From NCBI GenBank assembly GCA_016180955.1, contig JACPAD010000004.1:1-52562 (forward strand): DNA of 52,562 bases, given 5' to 3'. The DNA comes from Candidatus Zambryskiibacteriota bacterium (GTDB lineage: Bacteria > Patescibacteriota > Minisyncoccia > Phycocordibacterales > Zambryskibacteraceae). A program made the position numbers and the translations under genes. Below the pieces are notes generated by a model, which did not search any database, was not told where the DNA came from, and was given only the letters and a program-made list of their open reading frames with translations. This document shows positions 19,741-28,079 of this stretch, piece after piece. How positions within the stretch are numbered: position 1 is the first letter of the stretch; the number at the start of each line of letters is the position of its first letter.

Positions 19741-19886
19741 GATTATATAGCGAGTGTGCTTGCGGTACCGAAATAGGAAGTAAACAACCATTGCAAGAAA
19801 GCGGATATCATGTCTTTACTTTAGCACTTTTCGCGCAATCAAACAACGCGAAGTAAGTCCGAACTTTTTGGTATAATGACCACCAC

Positions 19887-20489
19887 ATGCTTGATGTATT
19901 TGATCCTGTAAGTCTCATAAAAGCCTTCGGATACCTCGGGCTTTTTAGCATTATCTTTGCCGAGTCGGGGATATTGCTCGGGCTCTTTCTGCCCGGAGAT
20001 AGTCTACTATTTACGGCGGGGTTTCTCGCCTCTCAAGATTATTTACGTGTAGAGATATTGATGCCGTTGCTTTTAATTGCGGCCTTTGCTGGAGATTCTG
20101 TCGGGTATCTGTTCGGGAAAAAAGTGGGACCTAAAGTTTTTTCCCAGCCGAAATCCCTCTGGTTTAATCCGGAAAATGTTGAACGAACGCGCCGCTTTTT
20201 CGAACGATATGGTGCGAAGACCATAGTACTCGCGCGCTTCATTCCAATTGTTAGAACCTTCGCGCCCGTGATGGCGGGAGTGGGGGAAATGAAATATAAA
20301 ACCTTTGTCCTCTATAACTTTATCGGTGCATTTCTCTGGGCAGTAGGGGTAACGGCGGCAGGATACTTTTTCGGCAATATTATCCCGAATGCCGACCGCT
20401 ATGTCTTGCCGGTAGTCTTCCTAATCATTCTCACTTCGCTTGCTCCGCCGCTCCGGTATTTCTATAAAGAAAAGAGAAAGAAAGAATAG
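19887..20489 (+). CDS. dedA: DedA/VTT family membrane protein
   Basis: FAESG..LPGDSLLFTAG, GDSVGY, ARFIPIVRTFAP.AG. Confidence 0.92.
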   Translation: MLDVFDPVSLIKAFGYLGLFSIIFAESGILLGLFLPGDSLLFTAGFLASQDYLRVEILMPLLLIAAFAGDSVGYLFGKKVGPKVFSQPKSLWFNPENVERTRRFFERYGAKTIVLARFIPIVRTFAPVMAGVGEMKYKTFVLYNFIGAFLWAVGVTAAGYFFGNIIPNADRYVLPVVFLIILTSLAPPLRYFYKEKRKKE

Positions 20490-20556
20490 TATCCTTGCTC
20501 TTTTCTTTATATATGCTATTTGTTAGAGATACCATTTAATAATCAAATTAACCAAA

Positions 20557-20715
20557 ATGGACGAAAAAGTTATCGGATATTGTGTGAAGTGCAAAGAAAA
20601 GAGGGAAATGAAGGACGTACAAAGGGTTGAAATCAAGCCGGGACGTCCGGCCGCCAAAGGCATTTGCACTGTCTGCGGCACTGGTATGTACAAGATTCTC
20701 TCCTCTAAGAAATAA
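20557..20715 (+). CDS. 52-aa zinc-ribbon protein (DUF5679-like; not in ORF track)
   Basis: MDEKVIGYCVKCKEKREMKD...GRPAAKGICTVCGTGMYKIL. Confidence 0.8.
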   Translation: MDEKVIGYCVKCKEKREMKDVQRVEIKPGRPAAKGICTVCGTGMYKILSSKK

Positions 20716-20716
20716 A

Positions 20717-21625
20717 TTGAAGACGATTGTTTTGTTTACTGTTTTGATTGCCGGTTTTTCCGTTTGGAACTTAACGAGAGTAAAAGAAGCTTCCGCGCCC
20801 TGCACCGAACCGATTGCTTATACCATCGGTATTTTCGATCGCCGCTTTGGTCTGACTCAACAGACATTTCTCCAAGCTATCGCTGAAGCAGAAGCGACCT
20901 GGGAGAAGCCGATTAACCGAGAACTTTTTGTTTACTCTCCGGAAGAAGCTCTTCTACACATTAATCTCATCTACGACTATCGACAGGAGGTAACTGAAGA
21001 GCTGGGAGAAATCGAGAGTGAAGTGAAAGAAGATAAAGAGACCTATCGCGCGCTGGAGTCAAAATATATCGTTTTAAAAAGCGAATTTGAAACGTTTGAG
21101 AACGGCTACGATGCGCTGGTCGAAATATTTGACGAAAGAAATGTGGCATACGAAAAGCATATAGAAGCATGGAATCAAGGACCACGAAACTCGAAAAGTG
21201 AGTTTGAATCCTTGGAAGCAGAAAGAAAGATGCTTGAAAAGGAATTTACCGAGCTTAAAGCTCTTGAAAGTAGACTGAATCAAAAAGTTAAAGAGCTCAA
21301 CACTCTAATCGGTCGCCTCAACCGTATAGCTCGTGCGCTTGATCTCAATGTTGAACAATTCAATACCGTGGGCGCTTCCCGCGGAGAGACTTTTGCCGGC
21401 GGTATCTACTCAACGAGTGCGGAGGGAGAAAAAATTGATGTTTATGAATTCAGTAGTCGCGAGAAACTACTACGGGTGCTTGCCCACGAATTTGGCCACG
21501 CCTTAGGCCTTGAGCATGTCGAAGATTCGAAAGCAGTCATGTATAAATTAAACCAAGGCGAAGCGGATTCTCTCACCGCTATCGACCTTCTCGAACTCAA
21601 AAGACTCTGTGCCATTAACCTCTAG
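20717..21625 (+). CDS. Matrixin/M10-like zinc metalloprotease with coiled-coil insert
   Basis: HEFGHALGLEH plus Met-turn (AVMY); N-terminal TM; TTG start inferred after the upstream small gene. Confidence 0.85.
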   Translation: MKTIVLFTVLIAGFSVWNLTRVKEASAPCTEPIAYTIGIFDRRFGLTQQTFLQAIAEAEATWEKPINRELFVYSPEEALLHINLIYDYRQEVTEELGEIESEVKEDKETYRALESKYIVLKSEFETFENGYDALVEIFDERNVAYEKHIEAWNQGPRNSKSEFESLEAERKMLEKEFTELKALESRLNQKVKELNTLIGRLNRIARALDLNVEQFNTVGASRGETFAGGIYSTSAEGEKIDVYEFSSREKLLRVLAHEFGHALGLEHVEDSKAVMYKLNQGEADSLTAIDLLELKRLCAINL

Positions 21626-21656
21626 CACCCGGCTTCTAGAACCTGTATACTAGCTC

Positions 21657-21890
21657 ATGATGGGAATTAAAGACTTTTTCCTGAAGCAGGCACTGAAGTA
21701 TAAGTTGAAAGATGTGCCGGAAGCACAGCGGGAGATGTTTCTCCATGTTATGGAGAAACATCCTGACTTTTTCAAAAAAATCGGTGACGAGGTCCAGAAG
21801 CTGACCAAGGCCGGCCAGAGCGAGTTGAGTGCGACCATGATGGTCATGCGCAGGCATCAAAGTGAACTGCAGAAAATAATGCAAGAATAA
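21657..21890 (+). CDS. Small helical hypothetical protein
   Basis: 77-aa ORF, TATACT 5 nt upstream, translationally coupled to the next gene. Confidence 0.7.
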   Translation: MMGIKDFFLKQALKYKLKDVPEAQREMFLHVMEKHPDFFKKIGDEVQKLTKAGQSELSATMMVMRRHQSELQKIMQE

Positions 21891-22471
21891 TGAGAAAGAA
21901 GAAGATTTTTATTCTTCTCGGTCATCCGGACGAAGACAGCTTCAACTGCACTCTGGCCGACGAATATCAAAGAGGAGCGGAAGAGGTCGGGCACGAAGTC
22001 AGGCGCATGAATATTTCCGATATGCAATTCGACCCGGTTTTGCACCACGGTTATCGTCTGGTTCAGAAACTCGAGCCAGACTTACTTTCTTTCCAAGAGA
22101 ATATGCGTTGGTGTGAACACTTCGTGGTCTTCTACCCGTCTTGGTGGTCAACTATGCCGGCACTTCTTAAAGGGCTCTTCGACCGAGTGTGGATGCCGGG
22201 ATTTGCTTTTCAATTTACTAGTCAATTTAGTTGGAAGAAACTCTTGAAAGGGAGAAGCGCTACCATGTTCGTCACTTCCGACACTATTCCTTTTGTTCAG
22301 AGATTAATTTTCGGCGATACGACCAACGAGCTTAGAAAGGGAATCCTTTGGTTTGCCGGTTTCGGACCCATCCGTGTGCGCAAATTTGGTTACCTAAAAC
22401 ATTTCGGTAGCACTGGCCGCCGCGAACGCATCAGACGCAAAGTTTACAGTCTCGGTAGGAAAGCCGCGTAA
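21890..22471 (+). CDS. NAD(P)H-dependent oxidoreductase, flavodoxin-2 fold
   Basis: ILLGHPDEDSF, YPSWWSTMPALLKGLFDRV, LLKGRSA. Confidence 0.9.
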   Translation: MRKKKIFILLGHPDEDSFNCTLADEYQRGAEEVGHEVRRMNISDMQFDPVLHHGYRLVQKLEPDLLSFQENMRWCEHFVVFYPSWWSTMPALLKGLFDRVWMPGFAFQFTSQFSWKKLLKGRSATMFVTSDTIPFVQRLIFGDTTNELRKGILWFAGFGPIRVRKFGYLKHFGSTGRRERIRRKVYSLGRKAA

Positions 22472-22675
22472 AAGACACGGAGTGTCTCACGCGGCCACGT
22501 GGCGAGTAATTTAGCTTTATGTTGGCGAAATAAATATATTTCTAATTCGTGCGAATAGGAGAATAAAAGTAAATGTCCAAATTATCTGTAGGCATGGTCT
22601 GAACACAATGACACATGCCGTACCATTCTCCTTTATCGTAAAACTACCAAGACCGCAAAAATTATTTGGAAATAG

Positions 22676-23275
22676 ATGACTATAGAGATGAAAAGCTATT
22701 GGGATAACTTACTTAAAAAGGCTAAAGATGCACTTGCCAAAAATATTAATGAGGTTTCAGTCTTATATTCTCTAGTTCAGTTAAACAAGTTTGCGGAGGA
22801 TAGAGGTCGAGAATCAGAATTCCCAACTATTAGGCTTTATCGCGATTGGCTTGTTCATACTGACCTTGATAGACCTCGTCATCTTATCGAGTTCTTTGAA
22901 AAGCTAGACGAGGCAATCGATGATATTCGTAAGGGAGGAGGGATAGAGGTTGCTGAACAAAAAATCGTCATTCCTCTTAAATTTGTAAAACTATTTGATG
23001 AACTCTCCGTTTTGGGTATCTCCTTAGATACAGATCAAAAGGCTTTGTTTATTAAATCTCTTGTAGATGGGCTTATTGATGCTCCACTAAGATGGAAAGG
23101 TAAGCATGTAAAGGAGTTCAGATTCACTTATGATAATTTAAGGAAGAAAGAGCGTGAGTCATATTTTTGCCACATTCAAGGACAGCTTATTCAAGGCGAT
23201 AAGTGGTTTGACGGTCCAGAATTGCATTATGAGGGTGAAGGGGAGGGGGAGTATCCAAGTCAGAAAGCGTTATAA
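22676..23275 (+). CDS. Hypothetical protein at the left edge of the RM island
   Basis: 199-aa AT-rich ORF containing LYRDWLVH; no family recognised. Confidence 0.6.
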   Translation: MTIEMKSYWDNLLKKAKDALAKNINEVSVLYSLVQLNKFAEDRGRESEFPTIRLYRDWLVHTDLDRPRHLIEFFEKLDEAIDDIRKGGGIEVAEQKIVIPLKFVKLFDELSVLGISLDTDQKALFIKSLVDGLIDAPLRWKGKHVKEFRFTYDNLRKKERESYFCHIQGQLIQGDKWFDGPELHYEGEGEGEYPSQKAL

Positions 23276-23418
23276 TTATATCTATCCAGTGTTTCCGCAC
23301 AGACTAGGATAGAAACATGAGCTTATCCACAGCCAAAATCTATATTTAGCCTTGTTAAGGCGCAAATAGACCATAATTAAGGGCGGCTTTTCTGTGGAAA
23401 ATCAGGTAGAATAAAGAC

Positions 23419-24456
23419 ATGCCAGTTGCCAGTCCTCCTAAGATACAAACCACCTCAAGATCAGAAGTTAAGAAGAAAGTTGCGTCTCTAAAAGTTGCAT
23501 CTCTTTTTTCAGGTTCAGGCGGGATAGACTTGGGTTTCAAACAAGAAGGTTTCGAGCTTGTGTGGGCTAATGATCTAAATCACTGGGCTTGCGAAACTTT
23601 CAAAAAGAATTTTGGAAATCACATAGTTGAGGGAAGTATTGTTGATATTTCTGATGATCAAATACCTGAGTGCGATGTAGTCCTGGGCGGTTTTCCATGC
23701 CAAGATTTTTCAGTGATATGGAAGCGTATGGGTCTCAAAACAGAGCGTGGAAATCTTTACCGGCAATTTGTGCGAATTGTGGTTGCTAAACAGCCCAAAA
23801 TATTTGTCGCTGAAAATGTAAAAGGCTTGCTGAGTGCAAATAAAGGAATGGCTGTAGAGCAGATAAAAAAGGATTTTGCTGAAGCTGGTTACAGCGTCAG
23901 GGCGCATCTAATAAATTTTGCCAATTACGGAGCTCCTCAATTGAGGGAAAGAGTGTTAATTATTGGAGTTCGCAATGATTTGGAAAGGGATTTTGAAATG
24001 CCAAGATCAACCCATGATCCAAATACATATATTACTGCCAAAGAGGCATTAAGGGGGGTAAAAAGCGTGCCTTTCAATAATGAACATCAAAAGATTTATC
24101 CTGGCACAGTGGCAAAACTGCGTTTGATCCCTCCGGGCGGAAATTTTATGAACATACCGAAAAAATCTCCGCACTATGTTAAGGGTTTGATATCCCATGT
24201 TTATCGCCGACTCCATCCAGATAAACCATCTACAACTATTATTGCAGGCGGTGGCGGAGGAACATGGGGATACCACTATTTTGAGTTAAGACCTTTGACA
24301 AATAGGGAAAGGGCGCGCTTATTTGGATATCCGGATAATTTTGTTTTTGAAGGCTCAATAACTGAGGTTAGGAGACAAATAGGAAATTCCGTGCCTCCTA
24401 TCGGCATACGACCAATAGCCAAGGCTATTAAGGAATTTTTGAAATTAGTCGGATGA
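23419..24456 (+). CDS. dcm: DNA (cytosine-5) methyltransferase
   Basis: SLFSGSGG (I), GGFPCQDFS (IV), ENVKG (VI), QLRERV (VIII), RERARL, QIGNSVPP (X). Confidence 0.96.
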   Translation: MPVASPPKIQTTSRSEVKKKVASLKVASLFSGSGGIDLGFKQEGFELVWANDLNHWACETFKKNFGNHIVEGSIVDISDDQIPECDVVLGGFPCQDFSVIWKRMGLKTERGNLYRQFVRIVVAKQPKIFVAENVKGLLSANKGMAVEQIKKDFAEAGYSVRAHLINFANYGAPQLRERVLIIGVRNDLERDFEMPRSTHDPNTYITAKEALRGVKSVPFNNEHQKIYPGTVAKLRLIPPGGNFMNIPKKSPHYVKGLISHVYRRLHPDKPSTTIIAGGGGGTWGYHYFELRPLTNRERARLFGYPDNFVFEGSITEVRRQIGNSVPPIGIRPIAKAIKEFLKLVG

Positions 24457-25472
24457 TTTACTCAAATGAAGACACTCATGGTGGCAGCCTGTTAGATGCA
24501 GTCAAAATAGAACTCCCTCGCTCCACAGATGCAGCCATCGCTAGCGGATATGTATCAGATGACATCGTAAGTGAATTTGAGCCGGAATTTTATCGAATAG
24601 CAGAAAATGGAGGACGCTTTCGCCTTTTAGTTGGAATGGCTTTCCATGAAGGGCTATCTGCTAAAAAGCTGAAACATTTACGGGAAGTGGATGCAAAACT
24701 CAAGTCGTTATCGGATAGAAGCGGAATTTTTGTATGCTACTCAAGGAGATTTCATGGGAAAATATACAGCTTTAAAGGAGAAGGGAGCGGGAGAGCTTAT
24801 GTAGGTTCTTCCAATTTTTCTATCAGCGGTTTAAGAGAAAACCTTGAATGCAATGCAGAGATACTCGATGAAGATGCAAGAACAGGTCTCGATGGGTATA
24901 TCGATTATATATTCAATCAAGATAATTCGGTTTCAATAGCAGACGCGGATATAGCTGCGCTTGGAACAGACGAATACAAGAAAAGAATAGCAATAGAGAC
25001 TCTCGATGATCTTGAAAGATATGATCCGGAGACCATCGACACAGCCAGTCTGCAATATTTCGATTATCCCCTCACAAGAGCCGCAAGTTCGGAAAAATCA
25101 AATCTTAATGCATATTTCGGAAAAGGAAGATGGTCCAGAGCAACGGGGAAAATTAAACCCAGACAATGGTATGAGGTTGAGCTTATAGCCCCGCGAGAAA
25201 TTAATAGCCTTTCTATATATCCCCAGGGAGAATTTACTGCTTTTACTAGTGATGGATACGTAATGAATATGATGACAAGCGGAGATAATTATAAAAATAT
25301 TAGATCTACTCCTAAATTAACCATTCTCGGAGAGTGGATTAAAAGCAAGCTCCAGAATAGCGGAGTTTTAGCACCCTTAACGCCAATAACCTCTGAGACA
25401 TTAGCCAAATACGGGAAAGATAATTTGAGATTTTATAAAATCGAGGAAAACAAGTATTATGTTGAGTTCTAG
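24453..25472 (+). CDS. PLD-family type II restriction endonuclease (NgoFVII-like)
   Basis: ASGY, FHGKIY (HxK), YVGSSNFS..L..N.E; C-terminal SNLNAYFGKGR..PRQWYEVEL; overlaps the MTase stop. Confidence 0.82.
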   Translation: MIYSNEDTHGGSLLDAVKIELPRSTDAAIASGYVSDDIVSEFEPEFYRIAENGGRFRLLVGMAFHEGLSAKKLKHLREVDAKLKSLSDRSGIFVCYSRRFHGKIYSFKGEGSGRAYVGSSNFSISGLRENLECNAEILDEDARTGLDGYIDYIFNQDNSVSIADADIAALGTDEYKKRIAIETLDDLERYDPETIDTASLQYFDYPLTRAASSEKSNLNAYFGKGRWSRATGKIKPRQWYEVELIAPREINSLSIYPQGEFTAFTSDGYVMNMMTSGDNYKNIRSTPKLTILGEWIKSKLQNSGVLAPLTPITSETLAKYGKDNLRFYKIEENKYYVEF

Positions 25473-25474
25473 CG

Positions 25475-25894
25475 ATGCCAGATACATTTACGAAGAAAAA
25501 ACGAAGCGAGATAATGTCCCGCATACGGGCAAAGAATACAAAACTGGAGAACAACTTTCTTAAAGAGTTAAGCAGTGTTTCTCATAATGCTGGGTATCGA
25601 TACCGCAAGCATTATCTTGGAATAATCGGCAAGCCTGATATTGCTTTTCCGAATAAAAAATTGGCAGTTTTTATTGACGGCTGTTTTTGGCATGGATGCA
25701 AATTGCATAGCAGGGTTCCGCTCTCCAACATTTCATACTGGAAAACTAAACTTGAAAGAAACTGTGCGCGTGATAAAGAGATAAACAGAAAAATAAAGAA
25801 GATGGGATGGCGTGTCATAAGAATATGGGAGCATGAAGCCAAAGGAATGCCGGATAAAGTCATTGCAAAAGTAATGCATGCACTGAGGTCATGA
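25475..25894 (+). CDS. vsr: Very short patch repair endonuclease
   Basis: MPDTFTKKKRSEIMSRIR.KNTKLE, GKPDI, FIDGCFWHGC, GWRVIRIWEHE. Confidence 0.95.
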   Translation: MPDTFTKKKRSEIMSRIRAKNTKLENNFLKELSSVSHNAGYRYRKHYLGIIGKPDIAFPNKKLAVFIDGCFWHGCKLHSRVPLSNISYWKTKLERNCARDKEINRKIKKMGWRVIRIWEHEAKGMPDKVIAKVMHALRS

Positions 25895-26278
25895 TTGGAA
25901 ATACCCAATATTTCACATTAGTCAGCACATAAGTTGATACATATATCAGCGCAATTTCACTTTTTTGCCTATTTTAATAAAAATATGACTCTAAATACTG
26001 CTAGATTGAGGAAATTTGCTGAAAAATAAAAGCAAACTTTTAAAACCTTTTAAGACTTTTTGAGATCTAGGACTATATAGGTATTTAGGAGGAATCTAGG
26101 AAGCACTTTTCTATCCTAAATATCGCTAATCTCCGATATCTCAAAACTTACCGCACACACGCCAATTACCAGTAGCCAGGTATGTAATTCGGATCCACAT
26201 CGCTTGGCACTGGTGACGATTCTCCACTCAGGAGGAAAATAATTTTACTTTCAATCATTTTTTAGCTACCTTTAATTC

Positions 26279-27106
26279 ATGTCATACTCAGCCCTTAATA
26301 TAGGCATTGTAGGTTTACCTAATGTTGGGAAATCGACGTTATTTAATGCTCTTACGAAGAAGGGTGTGCCAACAGAGAATTATCCTTTCTGTACCATTGA
26401 CCCATCGGTCGGCATTGTACCGGTGCCGGATGAACGACTCGATAAGTTAGCGGCGCTAAGCAAGTCTAAAAAAGTAATTCCCGCCGTGGTGGAATTCGTA
26501 GATATTGCCGGACTGGTTAAAGGTGCTTCGGAGGGGGAAGGGCTCGGCAACAAATTTCTTTCTCATATCCGCGAAGTGGATGCAATTATTGAAGTAGTCA
26601 GAATTTTTCAAGATTCGAACATAATTCACGTCCATGAAAAAGTAGACCCTCTTTTCGATATTGAAATTATTAATCTTGAACTTGAAACGGCCGAAATTAA
26701 AAAGCCCACGCTTTATGTCTTGAATTTTTCCGAAGCGGCACCCAAGGTCCGACCTTTGGAATTGAATTCTAAGGTTGGACCTTTGATTGAAGTGGATCCA
26801 ATCTTCGGTACAGGTTTAGATCAACTTATAAACGAGTCGTACAAACTTCTAAACTTAATAGCTTTCTTTACCACGGGAGAGAAAGAAAGCAGAGCATGGA
26901 CCACTAGGCGAGGATCAACCGCGCCGGAAGCAGGGAAGGCAATTCACACAGACTTTCAAGAAAAATTTATCCGCGCGGAAGTCATCCATTATGACAAGCT
27001 TTTGGAGGCCGGTTCTTACGCAGAGGCTCGCGCCAAAGGCTGGGTGCGAACGGAAGGCAAGGAATATATAGTGCAAGATGGTGATGTCATTGAGTTCCTG
27101 ATTTAA
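26279..27106 (+). CDS. ychF: Obg-like ATPase YchF (internally shortened)
   Basis: [45 protein letters not shown] domain ([16 protein letters not shown]). Confidence 0.93.
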   Translation: MSYSALNIGIVGLPNVGKSTLFNALTKKGVPTENYPFCTIDPSVGIVPVPDERLDKLAALSKSKKVIPAVVEFVDIAGLVKGASEGEGLGNKFLSHIREVDAIIEVVRIFQDSNIIHVHEKVDPLFDIEIINLELETAEIKKPTLYVLNFSEAAPKVRPLELNSKVGPLIEVDPIFGTGLDQLINESYKLLNLIAFFTTGEKESRAWTTRRGSTAPEAGKAIHTDFQEKFIRAEVIHYDKLLEAGSYAEARAKGWVRTEGKEYIVQDGDVIEFLI

Positions 27107-27146
27107 AAGTTGTAAGCTATAAACTGTCAGCTGAAAGTTAACTTAT

Positions 27147-28079
27147 ATGAATACAAAAATGACTGCTAAAAATTTCTTCTTGCATTTGGGCGCTATTGTC
27201 ACTTTCTATGCGAGCGCCATTGCCCTTATCACTCTTCTTTTCGAGGCAATAAACTTCGCTTATCCGAAAGTTACTAACGCCTATCAATATTATTTCCCGT
27301 CAATAAGCTTCCAGGTAGCCACTCTTATCGTGGCGTTTCCGCTCTTTCTTCTCCTATCGTGGCTTTTACAGAAAAGCTATGTAGCTGAACCCCAACTGCG
27401 GGAATCCCTCGTGCGCAGATGGCTCGCGTACATCACACTCTTTATTGCCGGAGCGGTTGTGGCGGGCGATCTAATCACTCTGATTTACACGTATCTTGAC
27501 GGTCAGGAGCTAACAACAGGCTTTCTCTTGAAAGTCCTGGCGCTTTTGGCTATCGCGGGCGGAGTGTTTATTTACTACCTTCGCGAGATCAGAAATCAAA
27601 TTGCGTCGCGCGAGAGAAATATCTGGAGAATTGTCGCGTTGGTTGTGGTAATCGGCTCGATAATTTTGGGCTTCATGGTGGTCGGGTCGCCGAAAGCTCA
27701 AAGGGAGCGCAGGTATGATAATCAGAGAGTCCAGGATCTCCAGAGTATCCAGTGGCAAGTGGTCAATTACTATCAGCAAAAAGGCACTCTGCCGAATTCT
27801 CTCGAACAGCTTAGAGACCCCATTTCCGGCTACATGATTCCGACTGATCCGAAAACCGAAGAATCATACGAGTACAAAAAGACCGGCAACCTTGGGTTCG
27901 AACTCTGCGCCACTTTCAATAAGGAAGGCTTTAATGGCATCGGTCTCATGCCGCACCCCTCATATCCTGGAACGATAGCAATCGGAAAAGACGCGGAGAA
28001 CTGGAGCCACGAAGCCGGCCGTACCTGCTTCGACCGCATTATTGATCCAGAACTCTACCCCGTAAGATCGAAGATCTAA
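27147..28079 (+). CDS. Membrane protein (DUF5671-like) with pilin-like C-terminal region
   Basis: Five TM segments, then R..DLQSIQ..V..YY...G.LP..L, DP.T...YEY, FELCATF. Confidence 0.7.
   Translation: MNTKMTAKNFFLHLGAIVTFYASAIALITLLFEAINFAYPKVTNAYQYYFPSISFQVATLIVAFPLFLLLSWLLQKSYVAEPQLRESLVRRWLAYITLFIAGAVVAGDLITLIYTYLDGQELTTGFLLKVLALLAIAGGVFIYYLREIRNQIASRERNIWRIVALVVVIGSIILGFMVVGSPKAQRERRYDNQRVQDLQSIQWQVVNYYQQKGTLPNSLEQLRDPISGYMIPTDPKTEESYEYKKTGNLGFELCATFNKEGFNGIGLMPHPSYPGTIAIGKDAENWSHEAGRTCFDRIIDPELYPVRSKI

Noticed and set aside
23323-23331. Perfect DnaA box TTATCCACA
   Set aside because: Single copy with no cluster and no dnaA/dnaN nearby; not evidence of oriC.
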